Origin: an uncultured delta proteobacterium
Lineage (GTDB): Bacteria; Desulfobacterota; BSN033; UBA1163
Length of the DNA stretch: 64,000 bases
NCBI GenBank assembly: GCA_963708295.1
Contig: CAVPSJ010000013.1
Location: forward strand, 263,317 to 327,316
Direction: 5' to 3'
How positions within the stretch are numbered: the stretch's first letter is position 1; every line of letters begins with the position of its first letter. Under the pieces are notes generated by a model. That model was not told where the DNA came from, did not search any database, and saw only the letters and a program-made list of their open reading frames with translations. Below, piece after piece: positions 30,763 to 41,006 of the stretch. A program made the position numbers and the translations under genes.

Positions 30763-30987
30763 TCACGTGAGTTCGCCATCGCTTTTCTGACGGGTGTAGA
30801 TGGTCTTAACCCGATCGTGGAAGGCAGTGATACAGGTTGTACATTCATCAGAAGAGGTGTCCACGGGTTCGAGAAGGACTTCAAATCCCAATTCCTTGTA
30901 TTGTTCTATCATCTCGGATAGGCGGGGCTCATCGATGGTGAACCGTTTTTCCCAACCTTCTTTTTTCAGTTCTTCTTCCCGGGTCAT
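30763..30987 (-). CDS. Small conserved hypothetical protein with CxxC, downstream of bzdM
   Basis: MTREEELKKEGWEKRF...YKELGFEV...CTTC...IYTR. Confidence 0.7.
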   Translation of the reverse strand: MTREEELKKEGWEKRFTIDEPRLSEMIEQYKELGFEVLLEPVDTSSDECTTCITAFHDRVKTIYTRQKSDGELT

Positions 30988-31089
30988 CTCCCGAATTCCT
31001 TTGACGTTCACAGATCAAACGCAGGCTCAGGCCGGCAACGACACAAGGCGAACGGTTGACTGTTCATTGCGATTGGCCATTGGGTCAGA

Positions 31090-31404
31090 TTATTTAGGCC
31101 CGAATTGAAGTTTCCATCCTTCAGAATGAGTGATGGCCTTCAGCTCACAAATTGCCACACAAGGTGCTGGCTCCGCGCCGTAGCCGGGTCGGCAAGGAGC
31201 GCAGCCATACTTGACCCTCTGACGGTCCCCATGTTTTACAGAGGCCACGGGTTTTTCACGAAAGAGATCAATCTCATCGGGCCCCACTTCTAGGATCTTG
31301 GCCGGGCAGGCTTCGGTACATTTGCCGCAACCATTGCACTCATCCGTGTCGATGGTGACGTACCAGTCGCCGGACCCGTCCTTAAAACCATAATTGGATA
31401 TCAT
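31090..31404 (-). CDS. bzdM: Ferredoxin associated with benzoyl-CoA reductase (BzdM-like)
   Basis: MISNYGFKDGSGDW start, CNGCGKCTEACP and CAPC...PCVAIC. Confidence 0.8.
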   Translation of the reverse strand: MISNYGFKDGSGDWYVTIDTDECNGCGKCTEACPAKILEVGPDEIDLFREKPVASVKHGDRQRVKYGCAPCRPGYGAEPAPCVAICELKAITHSEGWKLQFGPK

Positions 31405-31468
31405 GTGTTATCTCGTTTTCTTTTGTTCTATTGACTCCGCAACCCACCTTCCGCATTCCGCAATCGGG

Positions 31469-32407
31469 TTAGACCTTTCTTGCACTCTTGGCTTTACCCA
31501 TTTTCAGCAGGGTGGTTCCGAAGAGAGCTGCTCCGATGGCTCCCGCAAGCTGTGTGTCAAACGGATAACCGCGGTCCTTACACTTTTTATTGTTCCACAC
31601 GGGCTCAGTTGTCTTGATTCCCAGTTCCTTTTCGAGCCTCTTTACCACCCCTTCGTTTTTGGCAATCCCGCCAGTGATGACGAACTTCTCTCTCACGCCA
31701 AGGCGGTTCAGGAGCTCCATGATTCGATGCGCCATCGCGGAGCAGTAAGCCGCCATGATCTCGTTTTCAGGCATTCCTGACTCCAGTAAGCCGACGACCT
31801 CGCTCTTGGCAAACACGACGCAGGTGCTGCTAATCATGGGGGGTTCTTTCCGGATCTTAAAGGAGCGGGTGCCGATTTCCCAGACCGGGACTCTGATCAG
31901 GTCAGCAAAAACTTCCATGCCCCGCCCGGTTCCGGCGGCACATTTGTCGTTCATCATGAAATTGAGAACCTTTCCCCGATCATCCACATGAATGGCTTTA
32001 CAGTCCTGACCTCCCATATCCATGACCGTCCTCACTTCCGGGCCATACATGAAATTCGCTCCACGAGCGTGGCAGGAGATTTCCGTGATAGACTGCTGAG
32101 CCATTGGGACATTGACCCGACCGTAGCCTGTTCCGATGCAGTAATCGATATTCTCAACCTTCATGTCGGTTTTCTCTAATGCGAACCCCATGCCCTTTTG
32201 GGCGCTTTCGGGACTGTCCGAACCGGTCCTCGTATTGCCATAAGCGAAAAACTCTCCATCGATCAGAATGACAGCCTGAGTGCTTACCGACCCAACATCG
32301 ACTCCAGCCGTGATCACCTTGCCTTTCTTCCAATCCATATCCGGATTGACCCAATTGGTTTCAGGCCATCTCCAAAATTCTCGGGTTTTTGTTACTTCCT
32401 CTGCCAT
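31469..32407 (-). CDS. bzdQ: Benzoyl-CoA reductase (bzd-type) ATPase subunit Q
   Basis: EFWRWPE N-terminus, GVDVGSVS, TGYGRV, EISCHARGA, DMGGQD and MNDKCAAGTGRG. Confidence 0.88.
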   Translation of the reverse strand: MAEEVTKTREFWRWPETNWVNPDMDWKKGKVITAGVDVGSVSTQAVILIDGEFFAYGNTRTGSDSPESAQKGMGFALEKTDMKVENIDYCIGTGYGRVNVPMAQQSITEISCHARGANFMYGPEVRTVMDMGGQDCKAIHVDDRGKVLNFMMNDKCAAGTGRGMEVFADLIRVPVWEIGTRSFKIRKEPPMISSTCVVFAKSEVVGLLESGMPENEIMAAYCSAMAHRIMELLNRLGVREKFVITGGIAKNEGVVKRLEKELGIKTTEPVWNNKKCKDRGYPFDTQLAGAIGAALFGTTLLKMGKAKSARKV

Positions 32408-32458
32408 CTTTCCCCTTCCTGATGCCGGGCGATTGAGTTATTTAGAACGATTCCTCTT

Positions 32459-33280
32459 TCACTGCGGTGACGGTTTCTCTTTCGAAGTCTTCCCCTTGAC
32501 TCCTTCTGCCGTGGCTCCGGCGAGTGCCACTTCGGCTGCTCCCAGAGCCCCCATGTAATCCGGGTCCTCGGGAACAACCACATTCATGTCGATACTCTTC
32601 TTCAGAGAATCCACGAACCCGGCGTTTCTCGCCATTCCGCCGATCATCACCACATCCTTTTCCAATCCCACGATCCGAGCGACGGAAGCCACCCTTCCTG
32701 CAATGGCATTCATCACGGCGCGAGCAATATCCGGTTTGGGCGTCTTCTGATGAATCAGTGAGACCACTTCGGATTCTCCGAAGACGGCGCATTGGGCATT
32801 GACCGAAAGGGCTTGGGTGGACTGAAGAGTGATCTTGGACATTTCATCCATAGAAACCTCAAGCGCCCTGGACATGGCCTCAACAAAGGTGCCAGTCCCG
32901 GCAGCGCATTTCTCGTTGACGGCAAAGTCCAGCACCTTTCCTTCCGGGCTGACTTTGATGGCCCGACCTTCTTCTGCCCCCACGTCAATGACTGTTCTGG
33001 CTGAGGGAACCCGTTTATTGACTCCACAGGCGTCGGCCGCAGCATCGGGGATGAAATCATTTGCAAAGGCCACTCGTTTCGCCGAACTTCCTGTGGCCAC
33101 GACTCGCCCCACGTCCTTTCGGGTAAAGCCCGCTTTCTTTAGAGCTTCGTCATAGAGTTGTTCCACGGCTACGGCCTTTTGGATTCCTGTCGGACCCGCG
33201 GCTTTTCCGAGGATTTGACCGTCTTTCTTAACGACAATATGAAGGTTTTTTCCGCCGACATCTATCCCCGCGACGATCAT
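32459..33280 (-). CDS. bzdP: ASKHA ATPase activase, benzoyl-CoA reductase subunit P-like
   Basis: GIDVGG, DVGAEEGR, NEKCAAGTG and QCAVFGESEV; directly upstream of bzdQ. Confidence 0.8.
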   Translation of the reverse strand: MIVAGIDVGGKNLHIVVKKDGQILGKAAGPTGIQKAVAVEQLYDEALKKAGFTRKDVGRVVATGSSAKRVAFANDFIPDAAADACGVNKRVPSARTVIDVGAEEGRAIKVSPEGKVLDFAVNEKCAAGTGTFVEAMSRALEVSMDEMSKITLQSTQALSVNAQCAVFGESEVVSLIHQKTPKPDIARAVMNAIAGRVASVARIVGLEKDVVMIGGMARNAGFVDSLKKSIDMNVVVPEDPDYMGALGAAEVALAGATAEGVKGKTSKEKPSPQ

Positions 33281-33341
33281 CAGAATCCTCCTTTCTCTTA
33301 TCTTCAGGCGACCTCTTAAGTCTGGTGTTTCGATTATGAAT

Positions 33342-34175
33342 TCATATGTTCAGGATACTTCCAACATGCCCGTAAAAGTATCGGTCTCCGAATTCTTGTT
33401 GAAGCCTGAAAGCTCCCCTCATTCCCGTGCAATGGGAGGCACCGATCCTTTCGATATGTAGTTTTCTCAAAGCCTTAATGCTTTCCTCCAACTGTTCCGG
33501 GGCTAGGAAATCCAGGTGGGTTCCGCCGACGATGGCATATATGTGATCCTTCCCTGTCTTGCTGATGACGTGGTTGAGGATGTTAATGACCCCTGAGTGT
33601 GCGCAGCCAAGAATAACGACTAATCCCCGCTCGGTGTTCAGGATGAGGGATTGGTCGTCCGGGAAGACGTCCGGAACAGTTTTCCCTTCCGTCTCGGTGA
33701 AGAGTTTCGGGTCCAGTTTCTCGAAAGATGTTTTTCTAGGTACCTCCCCTGTCAAAAAAATTCCCTCCTCTACCTCAATAAAATCTTTATTCAGGATGAA
33801 ATTTGCTCCCAAGGACTCCAAGTAACTCCTTTTGAATGGAATGCCAACAAATCGTTTTGTTTCTTTTCCATTTTCTTCAACCACGTGGATACGATCTAGA
33901 AAAGCATGCGGATGGGCGTGAACGTCTACCTTCCCCCTCAGTTTGAGAACTTCGGGTAATCCGCCGGTATGGTCATAATGCCCGTGGCTCAAGAAGATTT
34001 TCTTGACGGCCCGGAGATCTTTGTTCAATTCGAGGGAGTTTCTTACAACCGATTCACCTCTCCCGGTATCGAAGAGGTAATTCCCATGATCCGTTTCGAT
34101 GAGAGCAGAAAATCCATGCTCCCCCAAACCTATCCGATGGCCCACCGTGTTTTCGCAAAGGATCGTTACTTTCAT
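33342..34175 (-). CDS. MBL-fold metallo-hydrolase (DHPS-like MBL family)
   Basis: EHGFS, LFDTG, SHGHYDHTGG, GCAHSG, GGTHL and HCTG. Confidence 0.88.
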   Translation of the reverse strand: MKVTILCENTVGHRIGLGEHGFSALIETDHGNYLFDTGRGESVVRNSLELNKDLRAVKKIFLSHGHYDHTGGLPEVLKLRGKVDVHAHPHAFLDRIHVVEENGKETKRFVGIPFKRSYLESLGANFILNKDFIEVEEGIFLTGEVPRKTSFEKLDPKLFTETEGKTVPDVFPDDQSLILNTERGLVVILGCAHSGVINILNHVISKTGKDHIYAIVGGTHLDFLAPEQLEESIKALRKLHIERIGASHCTGMRGAFRLQQEFGDRYFYGHVGSILNI

Positions 34176-34371
34176 GACTCCCTCCTGTATCGTGGAAAAA
34201 CTGTTCTCTCATCAGCATGAAACTCGCCACCTTTGTTGTATAACATATCTATCGTTCATCCCAAAATGCATTGTTGCCGGGTTTCAATTAACGTTTTTCA
34301 TGACGCTGTTTATGTGTTATATTGAAACACTATAGACGGTGAGGCAACCGGAGAGAAAGGTGAAATTTCTT

Positions 34372-35601
34372 ATGATCTCATTCGAAGAAGCATTAAATAA
34401 TATTCTTTCCCGTGTTCAACCCTTAGGGCTTGAGAAGGTTTTCCTGCTCGAAAGCCTCGGGAAAATCATTGGAGAGGATATTTATGCTTGGCGGGATATT
34501 CCTCCTTTGGACAACTCGGCCATGGATGGCTATGCCCTTAGATTTGAAGATATCCGGGAGAGTTCGAAAGATCATCCGGCCAGGTTAAAGGTGATCGAAG
34601 ACCTCCCGGCAGGCTGCGTTTCGAAAAAGACGGTTGGGAAAGGGCAGGCCATCCGAATCATGACGGGCGCGCCCATTCCCAAAGGAGTGGACACGGTTGT
34701 TCCCGTTGAAGAGACAAGGAAGGAAGATGGGTTTGCGTTCATTCTCAAAGCGATCTCGCAGGGTGAAAACATCCGAAGGGCAGGGGAGGATGTCAAAAAA
34801 GGGGATCGTGTGATCTCCAAGGGGGACGTGATCCGACCCGCAGAGGTGGGAATGCTTGCTTCCGTGGGTCGTTCTTCCGTATTAGTTTACCAGAAGGCTC
34901 TGGTCGCCATCCTCTGCACCGGGGATGAATTAGTTGACGTGGATGAGAATCTGAGCGAGAGCAAAATCATTTCAAGCAATTCTTACACGCTGGCGGCTCA
35001 AGTGAAAGATTGTGGCGCGGTCCCCGTTCAATTAGGCATTGCGAGAGACCGAAAAGAGGAGATCAGGGAAAAACTGCGCCAGGGAATCCGGGCGGATGTG
35101 ATCATCTCTTCGGCGGGGGTATCGGTGGGAGATTATGATTTTTCCAAAGATGCCCTCAGCGATCTGGGCATGGAAATGGCCTTCTGGCAAGTCTCCATGA
35201 AACCGGGGAAACCCTTGGCCTTTGGAACGATCCAAGGCAAGCCTGTTTTTGGCCTACCCGGAAATCCGGTTTCATCCATGATTTCTTTTGAGGAATTCGT
35301 AAGGCCTTCCCTTTTGAAGATGATGGGTCATCGACAGGTTTTTCGCCCCGTGATCGAAGCCGTTCTCCAAGAGGAGATCAGGAAAACAACCGGAAGGCGC
35401 CATTTCATCAGAGCTTTTATCTCTTTCAAGGATGGTTCCTATTCTGCAACGACCACCGGAGACCAGGGATCTGGAATCTTGATGTCGATGCTGAAGGCCA
35501 ATGGCCTGATCATGATTCCTGAAGATCAAGAGATTGCCAGGGTCGGAGATAAAGTAAAAATCCAGTTGCTGGACACACCTTTTGGAAGCTCGGGGTCATG
35601 A
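34372..35601 (+). CDS. moeA: Molybdopterin molybdotransferase
   Basis: NSAMDGYA, RIMTGAP, TGDEL, GVSVGDYD, MKPGKP and GLPGNPVS. Confidence 0.95.
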   Translation: MISFEEALNNILSRVQPLGLEKVFLLESLGKIIGEDIYAWRDIPPLDNSAMDGYALRFEDIRESSKDHPARLKVIEDLPAGCVSKKTVGKGQAIRIMTGAPIPKGVDTVVPVEETRKEDGFAFILKAISQGENIRRAGEDVKKGDRVISKGDVIRPAEVGMLASVGRSSVLVYQKALVAILCTGDELVDVDENLSESKIISSNSYTLAAQVKDCGAVPVQLGIARDRKEEIREKLRQGIRADVIISSAGVSVGDYDFSKDALSDLGMEMAFWQVSMKPGKPLAFGTIQGKPVFGLPGNPVSSMISFEEFVRPSLLKMMGHRQVFRPVIEAVLQEEIRKTTGRRHFIRAFISFKDGSYSATTTGDQGSGILMSMLKANGLIMIPEDQEIARVGDKVKIQLLDTPFGSSGS

Positions 35602-35668
35602 ACTCGGTGCAGGAATGAAGACACCGGACTCCTAACTCCGAAGTTAAAATTCACAGGGAGCGTATTGA

Positions 35669-36325
35669 ATGATCCCAATCATTTCTATTGTTGGAAAGTC
35701 GGATAGCGGGAAGACGACGTTGATCGAAAAATTGGTCCCTGAGTTGAGACGACGAGGCCATCGGATTGCTACGGTCAAACACGATGTTCACGGATTTGAA
35801 GTGGACCGGGAGGGGAAAGATAGCTGGCGACATAAAAAGGCGGGAGCTCACACCGTAGTCATTTCCTCCCCCCAGAAGGCCGCTCTGATCCGGGACGTGG
35901 AGAGAGATTTGAGTCTTGCGGAAATTCGGGACAAATTGATTCGTGACGTGGACTTGATTGTCTCAGAAGGATATAAAAAGGACGTCCACCCTAAGATTGA
36001 GATCTTCCGGAAGGAAAAACACCAAGAGCTCCTCTGCGCCAAAGAGGATAACCTGGTCGCCATCGTCTCGGACAAAACCTTCGACGTGGGTGTTCCCTGT
36101 TTTGACCTTGAGGATATGAAGGGACTGTCCAGTTTTATCGAAAAGGAATTCTTGGAGGAAAGGGGAGGAAGAGGGGTTTCCCTCGATGTCGGTGGAAAAC
36201 CGATTCCCCTGAGCCCGTTCGTCACGGATTTCATCGCCAAGACGATCAAGGGAATGCTCTCCGCTTTGAAGGGCTGCGATCCGGCAGGACGCATTGAGAT
36301 CCGTATTGAAGGTGAAGAGAAATAG
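35669..36325 (+). CDS. mobB: Molybdopterin-guanine dinucleotide biosynthesis protein B
   Basis: GKSDSGKTT, VKHDVH, DREGKDSWRH and EGYK, with a small C-terminal extra domain. Confidence 0.92.
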   Translation: MIPIISIVGKSDSGKTTLIEKLVPELRRRGHRIATVKHDVHGFEVDREGKDSWRHKKAGAHTVVISSPQKAALIRDVERDLSLAEIRDKLIRDVDLIVSEGYKKDVHPKIEIFRKEKHQELLCAKEDNLVAIVSDKTFDVGVPCFDLEDMKGLSSFIEKEFLEERGGRGVSLDVGGKPIPLSPFVTDFIAKTIKGMLSALKGCDPAGRIEIRIEGEEK

Positions 36326-36451
36326 AGATACCCATAGCACGTCCCATTCTCCTTTTTGGAATAGATTGATACAACGGGTCAGGTTTATTTGCCTTTTCGG
36401 ATCGGTCTGAGAACGGCCGCCAGCGTCTCCGCTACCCCATTTCTCGGCTTA

Positions 36452-36847
36452 TCATCTGGATGATCTTTTGGATGATCTCTCCGCTCTTTTTCTCTGTTTA
36501 TCCTTTGCTTTTTCTTTTCGTCGGTGCTGACGAAAAGAGCCAAGATGTTCCTGCATGTTGGCAATGGTCGACTGAATCTCATTCCTCACCACGTGGATTG
36601 TTTTTCCGACTTCCTGGGGCGAACTTGCCCCTTGCACCTCAAGGGTGCAGGTAACCTCTATTTTCCCGAGATTTTTATGTATTCCCTCAAGGAAATTGAC
36701 AACGGACTCTTCTTTTCTGAGCATACGACCCAGGCGGGTTTTCGCGTAACGCCGCTGAAGCAGATTGACGAGAAGAGAGATAAGGAAAAACAGGACCGCA
36801 ACCAGCAGGCCCAGTCTTTTTGGCTCCATCGGGATGTCCATGATCAT
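36452..36847 (-). CDS. Hypothetical membrane-anchored protein
   Basis: N-terminal TM helix and basic C-terminus; RBS AGGAG and a sigma54 promoter upstream. Confidence 0.55.
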   Translation of the reverse strand: MIMDIPMEPKRLGLLVAVLFFLISLLVNLLQRRYAKTRLGRMLRKEESVVNFLEGIHKNLGKIEVTCTLEVQGASSPQEVGKTIHVVRNEIQSTIANMQEHLGSFRQHRRKEKAKDKQRKRAERSSKRSSR

Positions 36848-36875
36848 TCTCCTATGCTATGGCATTCCCATGGCA

Positions 36876-36892
36876 GGCAATACTGGTGCCAG
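36876..36892 (-). promoter_or_regulatory. sigma54 promoter CTGGCACCAGTATTGCC
   Basis: TGGCAC-N5-TTGC consensus about 30 bp upstream of the 36847 start. Confidence 0.72.
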
Positions 36893-37063
36893 GTACTGTG
36901 AACATGGCTCCAGCTTATTTGGTTTTGGCTGGATTTGTCTTCATTTTAATTCGGGAGGGTAACCGATGGGTCTCCCCGAGGGTTCATTTGTGCACAGGAT
37001 GAACCAAACCTGCGCACACTCCAAATCTAAGCCGGTAGGATGAGACGGAAGGCGCGGGTGAAA

Positions 37064-38164
37064 TCAGACCATGACCCAGAGGGATTCTTCTCTGAGGGCG
37101 ATTCTGACCATTTTCCCGGTCGAGAGATCAAGATTCCGAAAGGCATAGTTGGGGATGGAGATCTCAAAAAGAACTTTTCCTTCCAAGGTCTGGAAGTAGA
37201 CAAAACGGTAGTTGCCTCGATCGATAATGTCAACGATTTCGCCAACAAAAATATTGTGTCTTAGAGATTCCTTTACGGGTTTCCCCTCTCGGATGATCAT
37301 GATTTCATCGGGCCGGACATAAAGGTCCACTTCCATGCCAACTTCAGCAAGATCCCGTCTCGAATCAGCGGACATGGAAAATTGAAGGCCGTCCACCTCG
37401 AGAATGACCCGGTGAAGGTATTCATCCCTTTTGATTGATTTTGCACGAAATAGGTTTTTCAAACCCAGGATCTGCGCGACTCTTTTCGATCTGGGTCTTT
37501 GGAAGATATCATCTCTTTCCCCCGCCTGCTGCACCCTTCCGTCGATATAAATCATGATGTGGTTCCCGAGGAGATAGGCATCTTCGAAATCATGGGTGAC
37601 CAGGACAACAGGAATATCAAACTCATTTCGAACCTCCTTCAGGAGTTTCCTCATTTCAAAACGGAGGGAGCTGTCGAGAGCCGTGAAAGGCTCGTCCAAA
37701 AGGAGCGCCTTGGGTCTTTCGATCAGTGCCCTGGCAAGGGCAACACGCTGCTTCTGCCCTCCGGAGATTTCCGAAGGAGGCATATTCTCCAATCCCTCGA
37801 GGCGGAACAATCTGATCATGTCGCTCACCCGGGTGTCTCGTTGTTCTCTTGATTTCGCTCTTAACCCATAGGCGATGTTCTCTCTCACTGTCATATGGGG
37901 GAAGAGAATACGGTCCTGGAAGACATATCCGAGAGAACGCTGCTGTGGAGAAATATTGATTCCCGATCGTTTGTCGAAAAATATATTTCCATTAGAACGA
38001 ATGAAGCCTGCGTCCGGTTCCATCAGGCCGGCGATGAGCTGGAGGGTCATTGATTTTCCGGCCCCGGAGCTTCCAAAGAGGACCGCTACTTCATTTCCGA
38101 TTTCCCATTCTACGTCGAGGGTGAACCCCTTGACTTTTTTCAGCAGTTTAACCGATAGTCCCAT
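37064..38164 (-). CDS. modC: Molybdate ABC transporter ATP-binding protein with TOBE-like C-terminus
   Basis: GSSGAGKS, ISGGQKQRVALARAL and LLLDEPF; follows modB. Confidence 0.9.
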   Translation of the reverse strand: MGLSVKLLKKVKGFTLDVEWEIGNEVAVLFGSSGAGKSMTLQLIAGLMEPDAGFIRSNGNIFFDKRSGINISPQQRSLGYVFQDRILFPHMTVRENIAYGLRAKSREQRDTRVSDMIRLFRLEGLENMPPSEISGGQKQRVALARALIERPKALLLDEPFTALDSSLRFEMRKLLKEVRNEFDIPVVLVTHDFEDAYLLGNHIMIYIDGRVQQAGERDDIFQRPRSKRVAQILGLKNLFRAKSIKRDEYLHRVILEVDGLQFSMSADSRRDLAEVGMEVDLYVRPDEIMIIREGKPVKESLRHNIFVGEIVDIIDRGNYRFVYFQTLEGKVLFEISIPNYAFRNLDLSTGKMVRIALREESLWVMV

Positions 38165-38829
38165 CAGAAGAGCCTCTTGCTGAATCGATTGGCGATATAT
38201 AGAAAGAGCCCTGACATGAGAGAAAAGAAGATCACCATCAGATTTGCTTTGGACCAATCTCCGCTGCTGGCGTGGGAGTAGATGGAGATGGGCATGGTAT
38301 CCGTTTTTCCCGGGATATTACCGGCGACCATCAATGTCGCCCCAAACTCGCCCATTGCCCTGGCGAAAGAGAGGACGGCTCCAGCAGCAATCCCCCGTTT
38401 CGCGAGGGGCAGGGTGACCCTCATGGCTGTTTCAAATTCGGAATGGCCCAGGGTGTAGGAGGCGTTGATCAGGTTCCTGTCCACCGATTCGATGGATGCC
38501 CGCGTGGCCTTGATCATCAAGGGTAGGGCTACCACAAAGGATGCCAGGACAGCGGCATACCAGGTGAACATGATGCTCCAGCCCGCCCAATCATAGAGGA
38601 TTCTGCCGATGAGGCCATTTCTTCCGAAGAGGATGATGAGATAGTATCCCGTGACAGTAGGAGGAAGGACCAGAGGGAGTGTGAAGAGGATGTCCAGAAC
38701 CTCCTTTCCCCTGAAATTTTTCATGGCCAGCAGGTAGGCGACCCCCACCCCGACGATGACGATTCAAACCGTGGCAACAAAGGCCACCTGGATAGAAAGT
38801 CTGAGAGAAAACAAGATTGAGGAGTCCAT
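38164..38829 (-). CDS. modB: Molybdate ABC transporter permease, frameshift near 38765
   Basis: MDSSILFSLRLSIQVA joined to LPLVLPPTVTGYYL...FARAMGEFGATLMVAGNIPG. Confidence 0.92.
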
Positions 38830-39609
38830 CTATTTCACCGTTTCAAATCCATATTTCTTAAGGAGATTTCTCCCCTCGGTAGAGAGAACGAGGGTGATAA
38901 ACTCTTTTGCCAGGGGTTGATTTTTAGACTCTTTCACTATGCCGATGGGATAGACGATGGGCTGATGGCTTCTGTCCGGGGCTTTCATGACGATTCTGAC
39001 CTCTCCTGGCCTGATCATGGCGTCCGTTGAGTAGACCAGTGCCGCGTCCACCTCGTTCCGTGCGACATAGTCCAGTGCTTGCCTGACATGTTCGGCAAAA
39101 ATGAGCTTGTCTTTGACCACTTCCCAAAGGTTGAGATATTTTAGAACCTCTTCAGCATATCGACCTGCGGGGACCGATTTAGGGTTACCGATCACAATCT
39201 TCTTCATTTCTGGTTTTTGCAAATCTTCAAACCGTTCTATTCGAACCTTGGACAGGCTAGACTGCACCAAAACCACACTATTCCCAGCAAAATTCATTCT
39301 GGTACCCGATGCGATAAGCCCCTTTTGGTCAATCTGATCCATATCTTTCTGCGCTGCTGAAGCAAAAACATCAACAGGAGCACCTGCTTCAATCTGTCTT
39401 GCAAGGTCCCCTGTAGCGCCGAAATTGAATCTGACCTTTGTCCCTGGATGCTTCTCTTCAAGAATCTTTCCGATCTCCTCAAAGCCGTTCTTGAGACTGA
39501 TCGCTGCCGAGATGGTTATCTCCATAGCCGGCTCTGCGGAAGATAAGTTGATGTCGGGGATGACAAGAGAGAAAAAAAGCAGGAGTGTACACAGCAAAAG
39601 TTTTTTCAT
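38830..39609 (-). CDS. modA: Molybdate-binding periplasmic protein
   Basis: Signal peptide, SAAISL, QIEAGAPVDVFASA, VPAGRYA and VYSTDA. Confidence 0.93.
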   Translation of the reverse strand: MKKLLLCTLLLFFSLVIPDINLSSAEPAMEITISAAISLKNGFEEIGKILEEKHPGTKVRFNFGATGDLARQIEAGAPVDVFASAAQKDMDQIDQKGLIASGTRMNFAGNSVVLVQSSLSKVRIERFEDLQKPEMKKIVIGNPKSVPAGRYAEEVLKYLNLWEVVKDKLIFAEHVRQALDYVARNEVDAALVYSTDAMIRPGEVRIVMKAPDRSHQPIVYPIGIVKESKNQPLAKEFITLVLSTEGRNLLKKYGFETVK

Positions 39610-39956
39610 TTCAAAAATCCTTCCTTCTCGGATTTGAAATGGGTTCGGTATATCTTTCCCAAAGAGGTGTTCACATCCTTTTGGAAGTGGTTATAACGCT
39701 TCATCAACACCTTCCCCCGAGTTGTCACCCGTGATCCTCCTCCAGAGAGTCCCCCCACTTTGCGTTCAATCAGTAGGAATCCCAACCTTTTTTCCATGGT
39801 TCCGATCAACCGCCAGGCCTTGCTATAGGCCATCCCCATCTCTTTGGCCGCCCGATGGAGCGAATAAGTCTCCTCAACCCTCTTCAAGAGTTCGTAGGGA
39901 CCGTCTCCGAAAGCCTTCCCATGATTGTCCAACCAAACTTTATAACCAATCTTCAT
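39606..39956 (-). CDS. modE: ModE-family regulator (DNA-binding domain only)
   Basis: FGDGPYELL, AAKEMGMAYSKAW and GGLSGGGS..T; no Mop/TOBE domain. Confidence 0.85.
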   Translation of the reverse strand: MKIGYKVWLDNHGKAFGDGPYELLKRVEETYSLHRAAKEMGMAYSKAWRLIGTMEKRLGFLLIERKVGGLSGGGSRVTTRGKVLMKRYNHFQKDVNTSLGKIYRTHFKSEKEGFLK

Positions 39957-39971
39957 CTGGTTTTAAAGGAC

Positions 39972-40026
39972 CGTTATTCTCTATTCAGAATAACGCCACT
40001 ATAATCAATGGCATTGAATCTGTCAA
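39972..40026 (-). promoter_or_regulatory. ModE operator (CGTTAT-N12-ATAACG, 39972-39995) and sigma70 promoter TTGACA-N17-TATAGT (40026-39998)
   Basis: Palindrome CGTTATTCT-N6-AGAATAACG with ModE-box spacing covers the predicted transcription start of modEABC. Confidence 0.82.
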
Positions 40027-40047
40027 GGGCTTGGACTTTAAGGAGGT

Positions 40048-40866
40048 GTGACTTTCATGAGTTGCGTCGGAATATCCTATTGGTTAAGATACGAGAGGGT
40101 TGGGTGCTTAAGGACAGAAGGAGAAATCATTTTTATCCTATTGATCACCGGGATGCTCGTGCTGGTTCAAGGAATTTCCGGAACGGCATGGGGAGAGGAC
40201 CGAAAGGAAATCGCAGCCCAAGAACAGCAGGTCTTGAACTGGAGAAAAGAAAGGGATGTCTTTTTTAAGAGCCATCAGCGTTCTCCCCTCCTTCCTCAAG
40301 ACAAGAAAGCCTTTAAAGGATTAAAATACTATCCTTTCGATCCAAAATGCGTCTTTTCCGGTCAGATTGAACGGTTCATTTTTCACATCAATAACCCGCA
40401 ATACTATGCCACCTTCTTAACGAACAAAGGGACGAACAAACGGTATCTTCGTTACGGGAGATTCCATTTCAGCCTGGACGGTAGGAAGCATGCCATCGAG
40501 ATCTACAAATCCATTTTGAGCGACGCTCTCTTCATTCCTTTTAAAGAGGCCACGAACGAAAAAGAGACCTACGAAGGGGGAAGGTATATTGATGCGGAGA
40601 TTCTATCAGATTACAAGATGGTCTTGGACTTCAATATGGCCTATAACCCCTCGTGTGCCTATAACGAGAAATTCATCTGTGTGTTGCCCCCCAGAGAAAA
40701 TATGCTGGATGTCGAAATTCGGGCGGGTGAAAAAACTTTTAAGTCGGTCGTCCATCAGGACTTAAAAAGCCAGGTCAATCCTGCTTTCAATCGAAAATCC
40801 GGAGCCGCCTTGTTCAATCCGATTTCCAACCCTGCATCCCAGATGATCTTGTCAGCAACCCAGTAA
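40048..40866 (+). CDS. DUF1684 family protein (start uncertain)
   Basis: WRKERD, LKYYP, LFIPFKEATN, TYEGGRY, LDFNMAYNPSCAYN..F.C.LPP.EN and IRAGEK. Confidence 0.85.
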   Translation: MTFMSCVGISYWLRYERVGCLRTEGEIIFILLITGMLVLVQGISGTAWGEDRKEIAAQEQQVLNWRKERDVFFKSHQRSPLLPQDKKAFKGLKYYPFDPKCVFSGQIERFIFHINNPQYYATFLTNKGTNKRYLRYGRFHFSLDGRKHAIEIYKSILSDALFIPFKEATNEKETYEGGRYIDAEILSDYKMVLDFNMAYNPSCAYNEKFICVLPPRENMLDVEIRAGEKTFKSVVHQDLKSQVNPAFNRKSGAALFNPISNPASQMILSATQ

Positions 40867-41006
40867 TAAATCCCGATGAGGTCTGAAGGGAGCACGGTCA
40901 TCCGTTGGAACTACCCATCTCCATGGGTTCTCCCAAATCCCATTTCTTAACAAGACGGGGTGTCCTCCCGATGGAGTGGAGGCAACAAGGAAGGGGAGAC
41001 GAGCCA

